Below are positions 1-9,358 of a stretch of DNA of 64,000 nucleotides, in pieces. Numbering within the stretch: position 1 is the first letter of the stretch; every line of letters starts with the position of its first letter. Made by a program: the position numbers and the translations under genes. Below the pieces are notes generated by a model. It made no database searches and had not been told where the DNA came from. It worked only from the letters and a program-made list of their open reading frames with translations. The stretch lies in the sequence record KJ019152.1. One strand, 5' to 3'.

Positions 1-927
1 ATGAGCTTCGCAAACCTAAAGAAACAGTCCTCCCTTGGTTCTCTCACTGAGAAACTTGTGAAGGAAGTCGAGAAGATGAATAATACACAGTCCGGTGGTG
101 AAGACGACCGTTACTGGAAACTCACATGTGACAAGTCACAGAACGGATATGCAGTTATCCGTTTCCTCCCTGCACCAGACAGTGAGGATATGCCTTTCGT
201 AAAACTATACTCCCACGCCTTCCAATCAAAGGGTGGATGGTTTATCGAAAACAGTCTAACTACACTCAATCAGAAAGATCCTGTATCTGAGTATAACTCT
301 GAACTCTGGAACAACGGAACTGAAGCAGGTAAAGAACAGGCACGTAAGCAGAAACGTAAGCTCACCTATATCGCTAACATCTACGTAGTGAAGGATCCAG
401 CTAACCCCGACAATGAGGGTCGCGTATTCCTCTACAAGTTCGGTAAGAAGATCTTTGACAAACTCATGAGTGCAATGCAACCTGAGTTTGAAGATGAAGA
501 AGCCATCAACCCCTTTGATTTCTGGGAAGGTGCAAACTTCAACCTCAAGGCTAAGAGCGTTGCAGGTTATCGTAACTACGACTCCTCTGGATTCGGTAAG
601 GTTACTGCCCTCAACGATGATGATGAGGTTCTAGAAGGTGTCTGGAAGAAAGAATACTCTCTTGCTGAACTCGTAGCCCCTGATCAGTTCAAGGACTATG
701 AGACACTCAAGAAGCGTATGACTCAAGTTCTAGGACTGAGTGGTACTTCACGTCCCGCTCCACAGGAAGACACTGAAGACGATAACATTGAGTCTCAATT
801 GCGTTCTTCACGTCCTGCATTCGCTAAGGAAGAGTCTTCATACGCAGAACCTGAACTACCTTCTATGAGTTCTAGTGACGAAGACACTTCAGCCATGGAT
901 TATTTTCAATCGTTAGCTTCTGACTGA
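1..927 (+). CDS. gp32: Single-stranded DNA-binding protein (T4 gp32 family)
   Basis: MSFANLKKQSSLGSL start, GYAVIRFLPAP, HAFQ..GGWFIENSLTTL, YKFGKKIFDK motifs, acidic C-tail. Confidence 0.95.
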   Translation: MSFANLKKQSSLGSLTEKLVKEVEKMNNTQSGGEDDRYWKLTCDKSQNGYAVIRFLPAPDSEDMPFVKLYSHAFQSKGGWFIENSLTTLNQKDPVSEYNSELWNNGTEAGKEQARKQKRKLTYIANIYVVKDPANPDNEGRVFLYKFGKKIFDKLMSAMQPEFEDEEAINPFDFWEGANFNLKAKSVAGYRNYDSSGFGKVTALNDDDEVLEGVWKKEYSLAELVAPDQFKDYETLKKRMTQVLGLSGTSRPAPQEDTEDDNIESQLRSSRPAFAKEESSYAEPELPSMSSSDEDTSAMDYFQSLASD

Positions 928-953
928 TATATAACCTAGGAGAATATTTTACT

Positions 954-1277
954 ATGAAAATTGTATTAGCTATCGTAGCTGCTTTCTTTCTTGCACTTCC
1001 TGCTTATGCTGCTGATGTTCAGATGGGTTTCAACGGAAACCTGGTATTTGAACCTAATGAACTCACAATCTCCGCAGGAGATACAGTCCACTTTCTGAAC
1101 GATATGCTTCCTCCACATAATATTATTGTGGAGGCTAGACCTGACCTTTCACGAGAGTCGCTTATGTTTAACCCCGGTGAGTCACAAGATATTGTGTTCG
1201 CTGATGTAGGTGACTATGAGTTCTTCTGTGGTCCTCATCAGGGAGCCGGAATGACCGGAGTGATTCACGTTGAGTGA
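954..1277 (+). CDS. petE: Plastocyanin (phage AMG) with signal peptide
   Basis: Signal peptide ending AYA; Cu ligands in PPHNI and CGPHQGAGM; GGAG RBS. Confidence 0.95.
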   Translation: MKIVLAIVAAFFLALPAYAADVQMGFNGNLVFEPNELTISAGDTVHFLNDMLPPHNIIVEARPDLSRESLMFNPGESQDIVFADVGDYEFFCGPHQGAGMTGVIHVE

Positions 1278-1658
1278 TCAGTTCTGAACAAGATACTTTA
1301 GAGGTAGAGTCAATGCTGTCTTTACCTCTATAGTTTTTAACTCATAATACGAAGTTGCACTCTGGTTCCAGTCATACTGACGAACCTTATTTAAGTGCAT
1401 ATTATATCCAACAAACCCCCAGTTATACACTGCGTTCACCGATGTAATCGGATACTGATCGTAGAGTAGATTGGGGGTTTTTGCGTAGTAATTATAAATA
1501 TATACCTTTCCTGGTATGGGGGCGTTGACTTCAGAGTCCTTGAGTCTAGCCATCACCAAGTCCATAATATCATCAGACTTTTCTGTTCCAATTAGATTAT
1601 CTAGAATAGGTTTCAGTCTATTAGAACTCTTCTGTTCAGATCTTTTCTTCCTAGCCAT
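1278..1658 (-). CDS. gp2-like DNA end protector (short cyanophage form)
   Basis: PGKVYIYNYYAKT..YDQYP..WGFVGYNMH resembles the gp2 core motif; adjacent to gp4 as in T4. Confidence 0.55.
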   Translation of the reverse strand: MARKKRSEQKSSNRLKPILDNLIGTEKSDDIMDLVMARLKDSEVNAPIPGKVYIYNYYAKTPNLLYDQYPITSVNAVYNWGFVGYNMHLNKVRQYDWNQSATSYYELKTIEVKTALTLPLKYLVQN

Positions 1659-2091
1659 TCTTAAATAGATCCTTTTCTGTTAGTATTCTGAACTCTAACC
1701 CATTATCAAGACAGAACTCTTCTGCCGCCTTCCACTTAGCTGTATTCTGTGCGTAGAGTGACTCAGCAATCATCACATTCTTAGTTCGCTTAGTGTATTT
1801 GGGTGGACTACACTCTCGGTGGGGTTTGATTTCAATGAGACACTTTTTAATTCCACCACCCTTCTTCACATACTCCACATAGAAGTCTGGGAAATACCTG
1901 GCTACTTTTTTCTTCATAGGGTTCCAATACTTGATGGCGATTTCCTCAGAGCCCCAACGTTGGACAGTTTCTCTACTATCCAAATAAAGCATGAATTTTC
2001 TTTCCCAGCCTGATCTATACACAATCTGATTAGGATTTCCAATATACTTTTTGGGATTAGAGGGTTTATAAACACCCTTCATGCTTGCCAT
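1651..2091 (-). CDS. gp4: Head completion nuclease gp4
   Basis: YKPSNPKKYIG, YRSGWE, RYFPDF, IEIKP, KWKAA..FRILTE motifs. Confidence 0.92.
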   Translation of the reverse strand: MASMKGVYKPSNPKKYIGNPNQIVYRSGWERKFMLYLDSRETVQRWGSEEIAIKYWNPMKKKVARYFPDFYVEYVKKGGGIKKCLIEIKPHRECSPPKYTKRTKNVMIAESLYAQNTAKWKAAEEFCLDNGLEFRILTEKDLFKNG

Positions 2092-2122
2092 ATAAATAAT
2101 AATAGTCCCTAGTAGTATTTAG
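2091..2122. promoter_or_regulatory. Paired T4-type late promoters serving divergent genes
   Basis: TATAAATA on + at 2091-2098; CTAAATA on - at 2116-2122, upstream of gp4. Confidence 0.7.
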
Positions 2123-2126
2123 TAGA

Positions 2127-2873
2127 GTGAGAAGAGATCTAACCCTACAGGATGTTCGTCCTCTAATAGGGAACTTATCAAGGACAAATATCTACCAAGT
2201 GCAATTTGGTGGATTGAGTCCTGGTCTTATTGGATATCTAACTTCTAGGAGTGTTGGTTCCCAGTTTATCGCAGATGGTGCTGGTTTGATGTGCTATGAA
2301 GCTTCCCTACCAGGATCATCACTATCACAAGTTCAGAGTTCTAACTTCCACGGAGTGGTAGAGAACTTTGCACACACAAGAGTATTCACACCCATTACCT
2401 TATCATTCTATTGTGACAGTGGTTATCAAACACTGAGAATGTTGGAACACTGGATGGAGTATGTTGTCAGTGGAAATGGAACATCAGGAATGGCATATGG
2501 TGGAAATAACTATAACTATCGTCTAAAGTATCCCAATGACCCATCAGATGGGTATAAGTGTGACTCTACTAGTGTATATAAGTTTGAAGGTGACAGGGAA
2601 AATGGAAGTGTGATGGAGTATTCCTTCATTGGACTATATCCTTCCAACCTATCCTCAGTCCCTGTTAGATACGGACCCAATAATGAGATTACTAGAGTAA
2701 CTTGTAGTTTCTCCTATGATAGATATGTTGCTGGATCTAAACGAAGTTTTGATTGGATTCTTGGTAACTCCAATAACAGAGATCAATCTAACGGTAACTT
2801 TATTGACCAAACAGTTAGGAATCTTGTGGATGTTGGTGTTGACTTTGTTGGTAACATCCTAAACAGGAGATAA
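2127..2873 (+). CDS. Tail tube-fold baseplate protein (gp54/gp19-like)
   Basis: SLPG..., ITLSFYCD, LEHWMEYV, LYP..LSSVPV, VTCSFSY tube-fold pattern; GTG start; baseplate context. Confidence 0.6.
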   Translation: MRRDLTLQDVRPLIGNLSRTNIYQVQFGGLSPGLIGYLTSRSVGSQFIADGAGLMCYEASLPGSSLSQVQSSNFHGVVENFAHTRVFTPITLSFYCDSGYQTLRMLEHWMEYVVSGNGTSGMAYGGNNYNYRLKYPNDPSDGYKCDSTSVYKFEGDRENGSVMEYSFIGLYPSNLSSVPVRYGPNNEITRVTCSFSYDRYVAGSKRSFDWILGNSNNRDQSNGNFIDQTVRNLVDVGVDFVGNILNRR

Positions 2874-2881
2874 ATAGTAAT

Positions 2882-3841
2882 ATGGCAAAATCTAAGAAAC
2901 AACTAAGATACCCACTTACTAGGATTGAGTCCAACTCTGACTATCTATCTATTAATGTGTGTAAATATAATCCACCAGGTTTTGCTGGGGGTAACACTTC
3001 TGATACTATGTTCGATATCCCATCCAGCACTAGTATAGGTGGTGGTGGTAACTGCTCAAAGAAATCTATTGAGGGTAATATTTTATTGCCCATGCCTGAT
3101 TCAATCGTAGACTCAAATATAACTAACTGGGAGAGTAATGAGATTAATAGTGTAGCTGCTTCTGCTATTGGCAGTATCAAACAGGGATTGGAGGAATTTA
3201 CACTAGATAGTATGATAAACAGCCCAGGCAAAAAACTCACAGATGGGTTAGCGCGTGCGCAAACTACAGCAAGTAACGCTTTAGACGCCGCAAAGGATCC
3301 AGCTGTTTCTGCTGCTTTGGAAAACTACTTTATTGGTAATGCTGTTAATCTATTTGGTGCAAACGTAGACGCAACATCACTCCTATCCAGAGAAAGGGGT
3401 TTAGTTCTTAACCCAAACATGGAGTTTCTATTCAAAGGTGTTCAACTTCGATCTTTCGACTTCACCTTTGTCATGAACCCCAGAAGTAGACAGGAGTCTA
3501 TCGAGGTTAAATCTATCATCAATACTTTTAAGAAGAGAATGGCAGCTAAGAGTAGTGCTGAAGGATCAGGACCCAGGGGGTTATTTGTCAAAGCGCCTGA
3601 TGTATTTGAACTCCAATTTAAGAGGGGTTCTTCCAAACATCCTTTCTTATATACTATGAAGACTTGCGCACTCACAAAGATGACTGTAGATTATATGAGA
3701 ACTGGTAATTATATCACATATGAGGATAGTACCCCAGTTCAATTGGCACTGGCTTTGAGTTTCACTGAACTCAACCCAATATACGCAGAGGATTATGATA
3801 TGAATAACCTACCTGGTCCAAATGAAGGAGTTGGATTCTAA
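2882..3841 (+). CDS. gp48: Baseplate tail tube cap gp48
   Basis: LPMP, NPNMEFLFKG..LRSFDFTF..PRS.QES, PDVFELQF, CALTKMTVDY, LSFTELNPIY. Confidence 0.88.
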   Translation: MAKSKKQLRYPLTRIESNSDYLSINVCKYNPPGFAGGNTSDTMFDIPSSTSIGGGGNCSKKSIEGNILLPMPDSIVDSNITNWESNEINSVAASAIGSIKQGLEEFTLDSMINSPGKKLTDGLARAQTTASNALDAAKDPAVSAALENYFIGNAVNLFGANVDATSLLSRERGLVLNPNMEFLFKGVQLRSFDFTFVMNPRSRQESIEVKSIINTFKKRMAAKSSAEGSGPRGLFVKAPDVFELQFKRGSSKHPFLYTMKTCALTKMTVDYMRTGNYITYEDSTPVQLALALSFTELNPIYAEDYDMNNLPGPNEGVGF

Positions 3842-4500
3842 TGACTTATTTTAGAGAGCTACCAAACTTAGAGTACGAAAACTTCCTATCAGATTCCAAT
3901 GGATCTGGTGATTATATCCTAATGAAGAATATCTTCGTTAGGGGAAAACTTCGTGATGACTTACAAAATGTATTAACTCTATTCAATAAGTATATTATTG
4001 AAGAGGATGAGAGGCCAGATCAGATTGCTCTGAAACTATATGGTGATCCAGGTTTAGATTGGGTTATTCGTATGGTGGGTGAAATTACTAACATGCCCAA
4101 CGATTGGCCAATATCTTCACAACAACTCTATGAGTTCTGTGTGGAAAAGTATGATGGTGAGAAGGGTATGAATGGTGTTAAGTATTATCAAACTACTGAA
4201 GTTAAAGACTCACAGGGTAGAATCTTACTAGCAGGTGGCCTCACAGTTGATAAGAACTTCACAATCCCTGATCCCGATCCAGATCACCAGGGTAATATTA
4301 TTAATCCAACTGAACCAGTTACTAACTACGCATACGAAACCAATCTTAACGATAGTAAGAGGGAACTATATGTATTGAAGAAGTCGTTCATTGGTCAGTT
4401 TATGAGTGATATGAGAGATATTAATACATATGGATTCAACTCTGAGTTTGTGAATTCTAAAACTCTTCGTGTGGCAAACACTAGGGTAACCAATCCCTGA
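3841..4500 (+). CDS. gp53: Baseplate wedge subunit gp53
   Basis: YFRELPNLEY, ERPDQIA.KLYGD..LDWVI, WP..SQQL..F...KY. Confidence 0.9.
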   Translation: MTYFRELPNLEYENFLSDSNGSGDYILMKNIFVRGKLRDDLQNVLTLFNKYIIEEDERPDQIALKLYGDPGLDWVIRMVGEITNMPNDWPISSQQLYEFCVEKYDGEKGMNGVKYYQTTEVKDSQGRILLAGGLTVDKNFTIPDPDPDHQGNIINPTEPVTNYAYETNLNDSKRELYVLKKSFIGQFMSDMRDINTYGFNSEFVNSKTLRVANTRVTNP

Positions 4501-4536
4501 TAAATACAGCATACCTTTCTATATTATTCTTACATC

Positions 4537-5247
4537 ATGGCGTTACCTAAGATTGCCAAGATAACCTATGAACTGGTTATTCCTTCCACTGGCAAAAAGA
4601 TTAAGTATAGACCTTTTCTAGTTAAAGAAGAGAAAGTTCTTATTCTTGCACAAGAATCTGGTTCCCAAACGGAAATGACCAGAGCTATTAAAGATGTTAT
4701 CTCCGCTTGTGTTCAAACTCGTGGATTTAAGGTCGATCAGATGGCAACCTTTGATATCGAGTATGTTTTCCTAAACATCCGGGGAAGATCGGTTGGTGAA
4801 TCTGTAGATGTTATCGTCACCTGTCCAGATGATGAAAAGACTACAGTTCCCGTTACTATTTATCTAGATGAAATTGAGGTTATCTTTGATGAGAACCACG
4901 AGGCAAACATCAAGTTAGATGATACTTACTCTGTACAGATGAAGTATCCCACTATGGAACAGGTCATGGAAGCAGATGCCGACAACATCTCCATCCAAGA
5001 AAGTCTAGAACTGATTGCCAAGTGTATTGATCAGATTTATAGTGAAGAGGAATCTTTCGCCGCTTCTGATTCTTCACTGAAGGAACTTGTATCATGGGTA
5101 GAGGATCTGGAACCTAAACAGTTTACTAAACTAGAGAACTTCTTCACCACCATGCCTAAGTTATCACACACTATTAATGTGATGAACCCAGAAACAGATG
5201 TTGAAAGTTCTGTCGTATTGGAGGGACTGGGTAGTTTTTTCGCGTAA
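4537..5247 (+). CDS. gp26: Baseplate hub subunit gp26
   Basis: MALPKI, IKYRPFLVKEEKVL, FDIEYVFL.IRGRSVGE, FFTTMPKL, LEGLGSFF; TAAATA at 4501. Confidence 0.92.
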   Translation: MALPKIAKITYELVIPSTGKKIKYRPFLVKEEKVLILAQESGSQTEMTRAIKDVISACVQTRGFKVDQMATFDIEYVFLNIRGRSVGESVDVIVTCPDDEKTTVPVTIYLDEIEVIFDENHEANIKLDDTYSVQMKYPTMEQVMEADADNISIQESLELIAKCIDQIYSEEESFAASDSSLKELVSWVEDLEPKQFTKLENFFTTMPKLSHTINVMNPETDVESSVVLEGLGSFFA

Positions 5248-5249
5248 GT

Positions 5250-5429
5250 ATGGCTCACATGGATCTAGAGTCATACTATAAGACCAACTTTGCACTGATG
5301 CAACACCACAAGTACAACCTCTCCGATATTGAAGATATGATCCCATGGGAGAGGGACATCTATGTTACTCTACTCAAGAACTGGATTGAGGAAGAGGAAC
5401 AACGAATCGCACAACAGCAGAAAGGATGA
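5250..5429 (+). CDS. gp51: Baseplate hub assembly catalyst gp51 (59 aa, not in ORF track)
   Basis: My translation: MAHMDLESYYKTNFALMQHHKYNLSDIEDMIPWERDIYVTLLKNWIEEEEQRIAQQQKG. Confidence 0.88.
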   Translation: MAHMDLESYYKTNFALMQHHKYNLSDIEDMIPWERDIYVTLLKNWIEEEEQRIAQQQKG

Positions 5430-7363
5430 GTTTATTCACCTCCGCTACTTCAGGTGTAGATCCCCAAACAGGATCTTACCTCTCTAAGGAACAAAGAGTT
5501 GCGATGTTCCAATCCTCCCGTGGTCGTGGAGGTGGTGGAAGCGCTACGCCTGAAGGTAAAAGAGGTAAAGTTGCACCACAGAATGCCATTGTTGTAGCAA
5601 ACAAGATGGCACAGGTGGTTCAGACACTCCAGACAAATACACAGGAGACTGTTCAAGCTGTTAATGTAAAGGTTCAAGAGAACGCACAAAATATTGAAAA
5701 CCTCTACAAATCTGTTCAGAATAACAGATCAGCGGAGGCTAAGGAAGAAAAAGCAGAGACAAAACTACTCAGAGGTGAGAGGGAGACAGCCCTAAGATCA
5801 GGTAAGGAGAAACTTATTGAGGGCATGTCATCAGCTGTTGCTGGTCTTGTCGGTGTAGGTAGGAGTGCAGCTGATGCTGCACTTAAACCCGTTATGGGTT
5901 TCTGGGAAAAGATTAAAGGATTCTTGCTTAATATAGCAGCAGCTTGGGCTATTAAGAATCTCCCAATTATTATGGGTTATGTTGAAGATTTTGTTAGTTG
6001 GTTAGGTGACTTTAAGAGTTGGTTGCCTAAGTCTCTTACAGGTCTTCGTGGTGTATGGTCTATTGCGGATAATATTATCCGAGCAATGTGGCGCGGTTTC
6101 AGTCGTATTGGTGGCACAATATTCCGTATAGCTACATGGTTAACTAGAAAGCTATTTTCACTACTCAAGAGAATATTTGCACCTATTGGTAGATTTATTT
6201 CAAGAATAGTAGGTGGTATTGTTGACTTCCTGAGACCAATAGTATCTAGAGCACTGAGAGGTTTGGGTGATGCACTTGGTGGAATGGGGAACTCCATCAA
6301 TCGAGCTTTTGGTGGTGGTGGTGGTAGTTCCAGTAGTCTAGGTGGAGTTAAAGGTGGCGCTGGTGTTGATCCTGGTCAGAAGGCAATAGCTGGAGCTGCC
6401 GAAGAAGGTGGCGGTCTTTTTGCAAGGTTCAACAGATTCCTCAAAGGGCTGACGCAGAAAGGCAAGGCTGCTTTTTCTAAAGGTCAAGAGTTATTTGCGA
6501 GTGGTGGTAAAAAGATTCAGCAGGGTATAGGTGCAATACAGGAAACCACCACTGGAATTAAACCGCAACCCGAAAAACATGCGGGGTGGCTTAAAAAAGC
6601 ACTAACTCCTATTGGTGACCTTCTTCCCGGTATGAAGGGAGCACTTAGTGGTATAGGTAAACTAGTCAATGGTGTTCTTAAAGTTGTTCCTGGTATTGGT
6701 TTTGCTATTGATTTGGCTCTAAACAAGGGAATCAATGGTGATGACTGGACTACTGCTATTGTAGCCGCTCTTGGTTCCTCTGTCGTTGGTGGTATTGGTA
6801 TTGCTGGTGGTGCTAAGATTGGTGGTGGAGTTGGTTTTGCTCTTGGTACTGCTATTCCTGGTATAGGTAACATTGTTGGTGCCGCTATTGGTGCCGGTCT
6901 TGGTGGTATTATCGGTGGTATTGCTGGTGGTGCTCTTGGTGATACTGCAGCCAGAATGGGTCTGGATGCATTAAATATAGGAGAAAGTGCTCAGTCGGAA
7001 AACAAACCAGCTGATATAGGTTCTCCTGGCGGTGCGATGGATCTTGAGGGTGGTGCTCACGAAACAGTACCTGCTAGTTCTGTGGGAGCTACAACTAACA
7101 ATAACTCAACATCAGGTATGGTTAGTAGTGCAACCAGTGGTAGTAGCACACCAGAAGGTATGTCAGAACCAAACGGTGGTAATACTACTTCTGTTGAAAC
7201 CATTAATCTAGCTCCTAATGTTGTAGATAGTGGTAAGGAGGATAGTTCTGGAAAACTTGAAGTGCCGTCTATGATTGATGATAACCCCTTCTGGCAGACA
7301 GCAGATCCAGCTTCTGATATGTACAGGAGTTTCGCTTCAACTGAATACGAGTTGGTACACTAA
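5426..7363 (+). CDS. Tape-measure-like / hub-associated protein
   Basis: Gly/Ala-rich amphipathic helices (GAAIGAGLGG); position after gp26-gp51. Confidence 0.55.
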   Translation: MSLFTSATSGVDPQTGSYLSKEQRVAMFQSSRGRGGGGSATPEGKRGKVAPQNAIVVANKMAQVVQTLQTNTQETVQAVNVKVQENAQNIENLYKSVQNNRSAEAKEEKAETKLLRGERETALRSGKEKLIEGMSSAVAGLVGVGRSAADAALKPVMGFWEKIKGFLLNIAAAWAIKNLPIIMGYVEDFVSWLGDFKSWLPKSLTGLRGVWSIADNIIRAMWRGFSRIGGTIFRIATWLTRKLFSLLKRIFAPIGRFISRIVGGIVDFLRPIVSRALRGLGDALGGMGNSINRAFGGGGGSSSSLGGVKGGAGVDPGQKAIAGAAEEGGGLFARFNRFLKGLTQKGKAAFSKGQELFASGGKKIQQGIGAIQETTTGIKPQPEKHAGWLKKALTPIGDLLPGMKGALSGIGKLVNGVLKVVPGIGFAIDLALNKGINGDDWTTAIVAALGSSVVGGIGIAGGAKIGGGVGFALGTAIPGIGNIVGAAIGAGLGGIIGGIAGGALGDTAARMGLDALNIGESAQSENKPADIGSPGGAMDLEGGAHETVPASSVGATTNNNSTSGMVSSATSGSSTPEGMSEPNGGNTTSVETINLAPNVVDSGKEDSSGKLEVPSMIDDNPFWQTADPASDMYRSFASTEYELVH

Positions 7364-9324
7364 TGGCACAACCACAAATTGCTGCAAACAAAACTAAAGC
7401 TCTGAGAATTGGTCAGAGGTTGATGACTGGTGCCAAGAGTTTTGGTAAAGGTGTCAGGAATAGTGTTGATACTTCACAACAGGTTATCACTCAGAGTGCT
7501 CGTAAGATCAAATCAGATCAGAAAAGAATCAACACAGAGAATAGGAAGCAGCAAAGGTTTGAGGAAGCAGTACGGGAAGAAACAGAGAGAAGACAGAAAT
7601 CCCTAACAAAGGGTGCATATGGTGTTGGTAGTGCTGCCAAGAAGCTAACCGAGAAGGTTGTGGTGGATCCAATGAAAGCTATTTGGAACATTATTGCTGC
7701 TTGGGCTATTAAGAATCTCCCAACTATTGTTGATGAAGTTAGAAAATTTGTAAAGAAAGTGAGGATTGTAATAGCTGCTATTAATAACGCGTTTAGAGCA
7801 ACTGGTAACCTATTTAAGGGGTGGTTATCATATGGACAGGCTTGGCTGACAAATATGGTTACCTTTGACTGGGGTGACTCCACAGGTAGGTTGGAAGACG
7901 CACAGGCTGAAATAGATAATAGTTATGATGAATTAGATGCAAGTTGGAATACTATCTACAATGTATGGGGTAAGGAGGAAGAAGAGTTAGACAAAATGCT
8001 AACTTGGTTGGATAGTGGTAAGACTGTTAAACAGGCTACTGATGCTATTACACAAGGTATTCCATTGCCACAGACACCTGCTTTTGGTGATGGTAGTAGG
8101 GAAGGTGGCGGAGGTTATGGTGGATCAGGCATCCAAATGAGTGCTGATGAACAGCAACTTACAGAGTCATTGATTGCTGGTGAGGAGGGGGTAAGAACCA
8201 AAGCATATCAGGATAGTGAAGGTATTTGGACAATTGGTTATGGTCAGACTAGAATTAATGGTAGAGCAGTAAAACCAAGTGATACAATAACAAAAGCACA
8301 AGCATTGAGTGGTTTTAGAGGTGCTCTCGCAGAACACCAACAAAGGGCAATCAATCAACTTGGTGAGGAGAGATGGTCACAACTGGACGCAAGATCTAGA
8401 GCAGTTCTCACCTCTATAACATACAACTATGGTAGTATTCCTGGTAGAGTTCTACCTGCTGCTAAAACTGGTAATGCTGAAGACATTGCTGTAGCGATGA
8501 ATAGTTTGTATGGAGATAATAGAGGAGTTCTAAAAGGTAGAAGACAGAGAGAGCAATCTATTCTCAGGGGCGGTACTTCTTCCTACTTAGATAAAGACTT
8601 TATGGCTGGTGGTCAATTTGCAGGCTCTGGTACTGGTCCTCTAGTCATGGGTGGTGGAAATGAATCTAGTTCAGGTTCAATATCTTCATCTGGAGGTACA
8701 ACCAACACGACTGCAATGAAGAAAGGTGATATGGTTGGTGGTTTTAGTGTTAGTTCTGCATTTGGACGTAGAGCTGCACCTACTGCTGGTGCTAGTTCTA
8801 ATCATGGGGGTCTTGATATTGCTACTCCACAAGGAACATACTTAGCTTTTGATGTTGATGTTGAGATTATGTTCGCTGGTTCAGCTGGTGGATATGGATA
8901 TGTCATTGATGCTTGGTCGGCATCATTAGGAATTCAGTTCCGTTGTGCTCACATGTCAGTATTAATGTGTAACCCAGGACAGAAAGTTCGTGCTGGAACT
9001 GCTGTTGGTAGAACTGGTGGTGCAGTGGGAAGTCGTGGAGCTGGTACATCCACTGGACCTCATCTTCACTTTGAAGTGAGTAATCAGAAGGGTTCTGCTA
9101 ACTATGGTGGTTCAAATAGTGCTAGTATGTTAGCCAGATACGCAAAACACTTAATCCTTAGCTCATCTAAACCACAACCACAGTCACTCAGACCAGCTAC
9201 AGTGAGTTCTTCCTCACAGCAAACCGCTAATCAACTTAACTCTTCTGCTTCCTCCAGAAGAACTAATGGTAGGAGAACTGATCAAAAAATAATACTAATC
9301 AAGGAAAATACTATTATTAAATAA
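7363..9324 (+). CDS. Tail-associated protein with GH24 lysozyme and M23 peptidase domains
   Basis: LIAGEEGVRTKAYQDSEGIWTIGYG (T4-type lysozyme E-x8-D-x5-T); HGGLDIA and GPHLHFEV (M23 HxxxD/HxH). Confidence 0.85.
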   Translation: MAQPQIAANKTKALRIGQRLMTGAKSFGKGVRNSVDTSQQVITQSARKIKSDQKRINTENRKQQRFEEAVREETERRQKSLTKGAYGVGSAAKKLTEKVVVDPMKAIWNIIAAWAIKNLPTIVDEVRKFVKKVRIVIAAINNAFRATGNLFKGWLSYGQAWLTNMVTFDWGDSTGRLEDAQAEIDNSYDELDASWNTIYNVWGKEEEELDKMLTWLDSGKTVKQATDAITQGIPLPQTPAFGDGSREGGGGYGGSGIQMSADEQQLTESLIAGEEGVRTKAYQDSEGIWTIGYGQTRINGRAVKPSDTITKAQALSGFRGALAEHQQRAINQLGEERWSQLDARSRAVLTSITYNYGSIPGRVLPAAKTGNAEDIAVAMNSLYGDNRGVLKGRRQREQSILRGGTSSYLDKDFMAGGQFAGSGTGPLVMGGGNESSSGSISSSGGTTNTTAMKKGDMVGGFSVSSAFGRRAAPTAGASSNHGGLDIATPQGTYLAFDVDVEIMFAGSAGGYGYVIDAWSASLGIQFRCAHMSVLMCNPGQKVRAGTAVGRTGGAVGSRGAGTSTGPHLHFEVSNQKGSANYGGSNSASMLARYAKHLILSSSKPQPQSLRPATVSSSSQQTANQLNSSASSRRTNGRRTDQKIILIKENTIIK

Positions 9325-9326
9325 CC

Positions 9327-9334
9327 TATAAATA
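9327..9334 (+). promoter_or_regulatory. T4 late promoter
   Basis: TATAAATA upstream of the ORF at 9359. Similar TAAATA boxes at 2871, 4501, 13479, 19172, 25082, 31005, 58594, 59452 and 59462. Confidence 0.75.
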
Positions 9335-9358
9335 CCTAATATAGGTGTGTAAGGTGTA

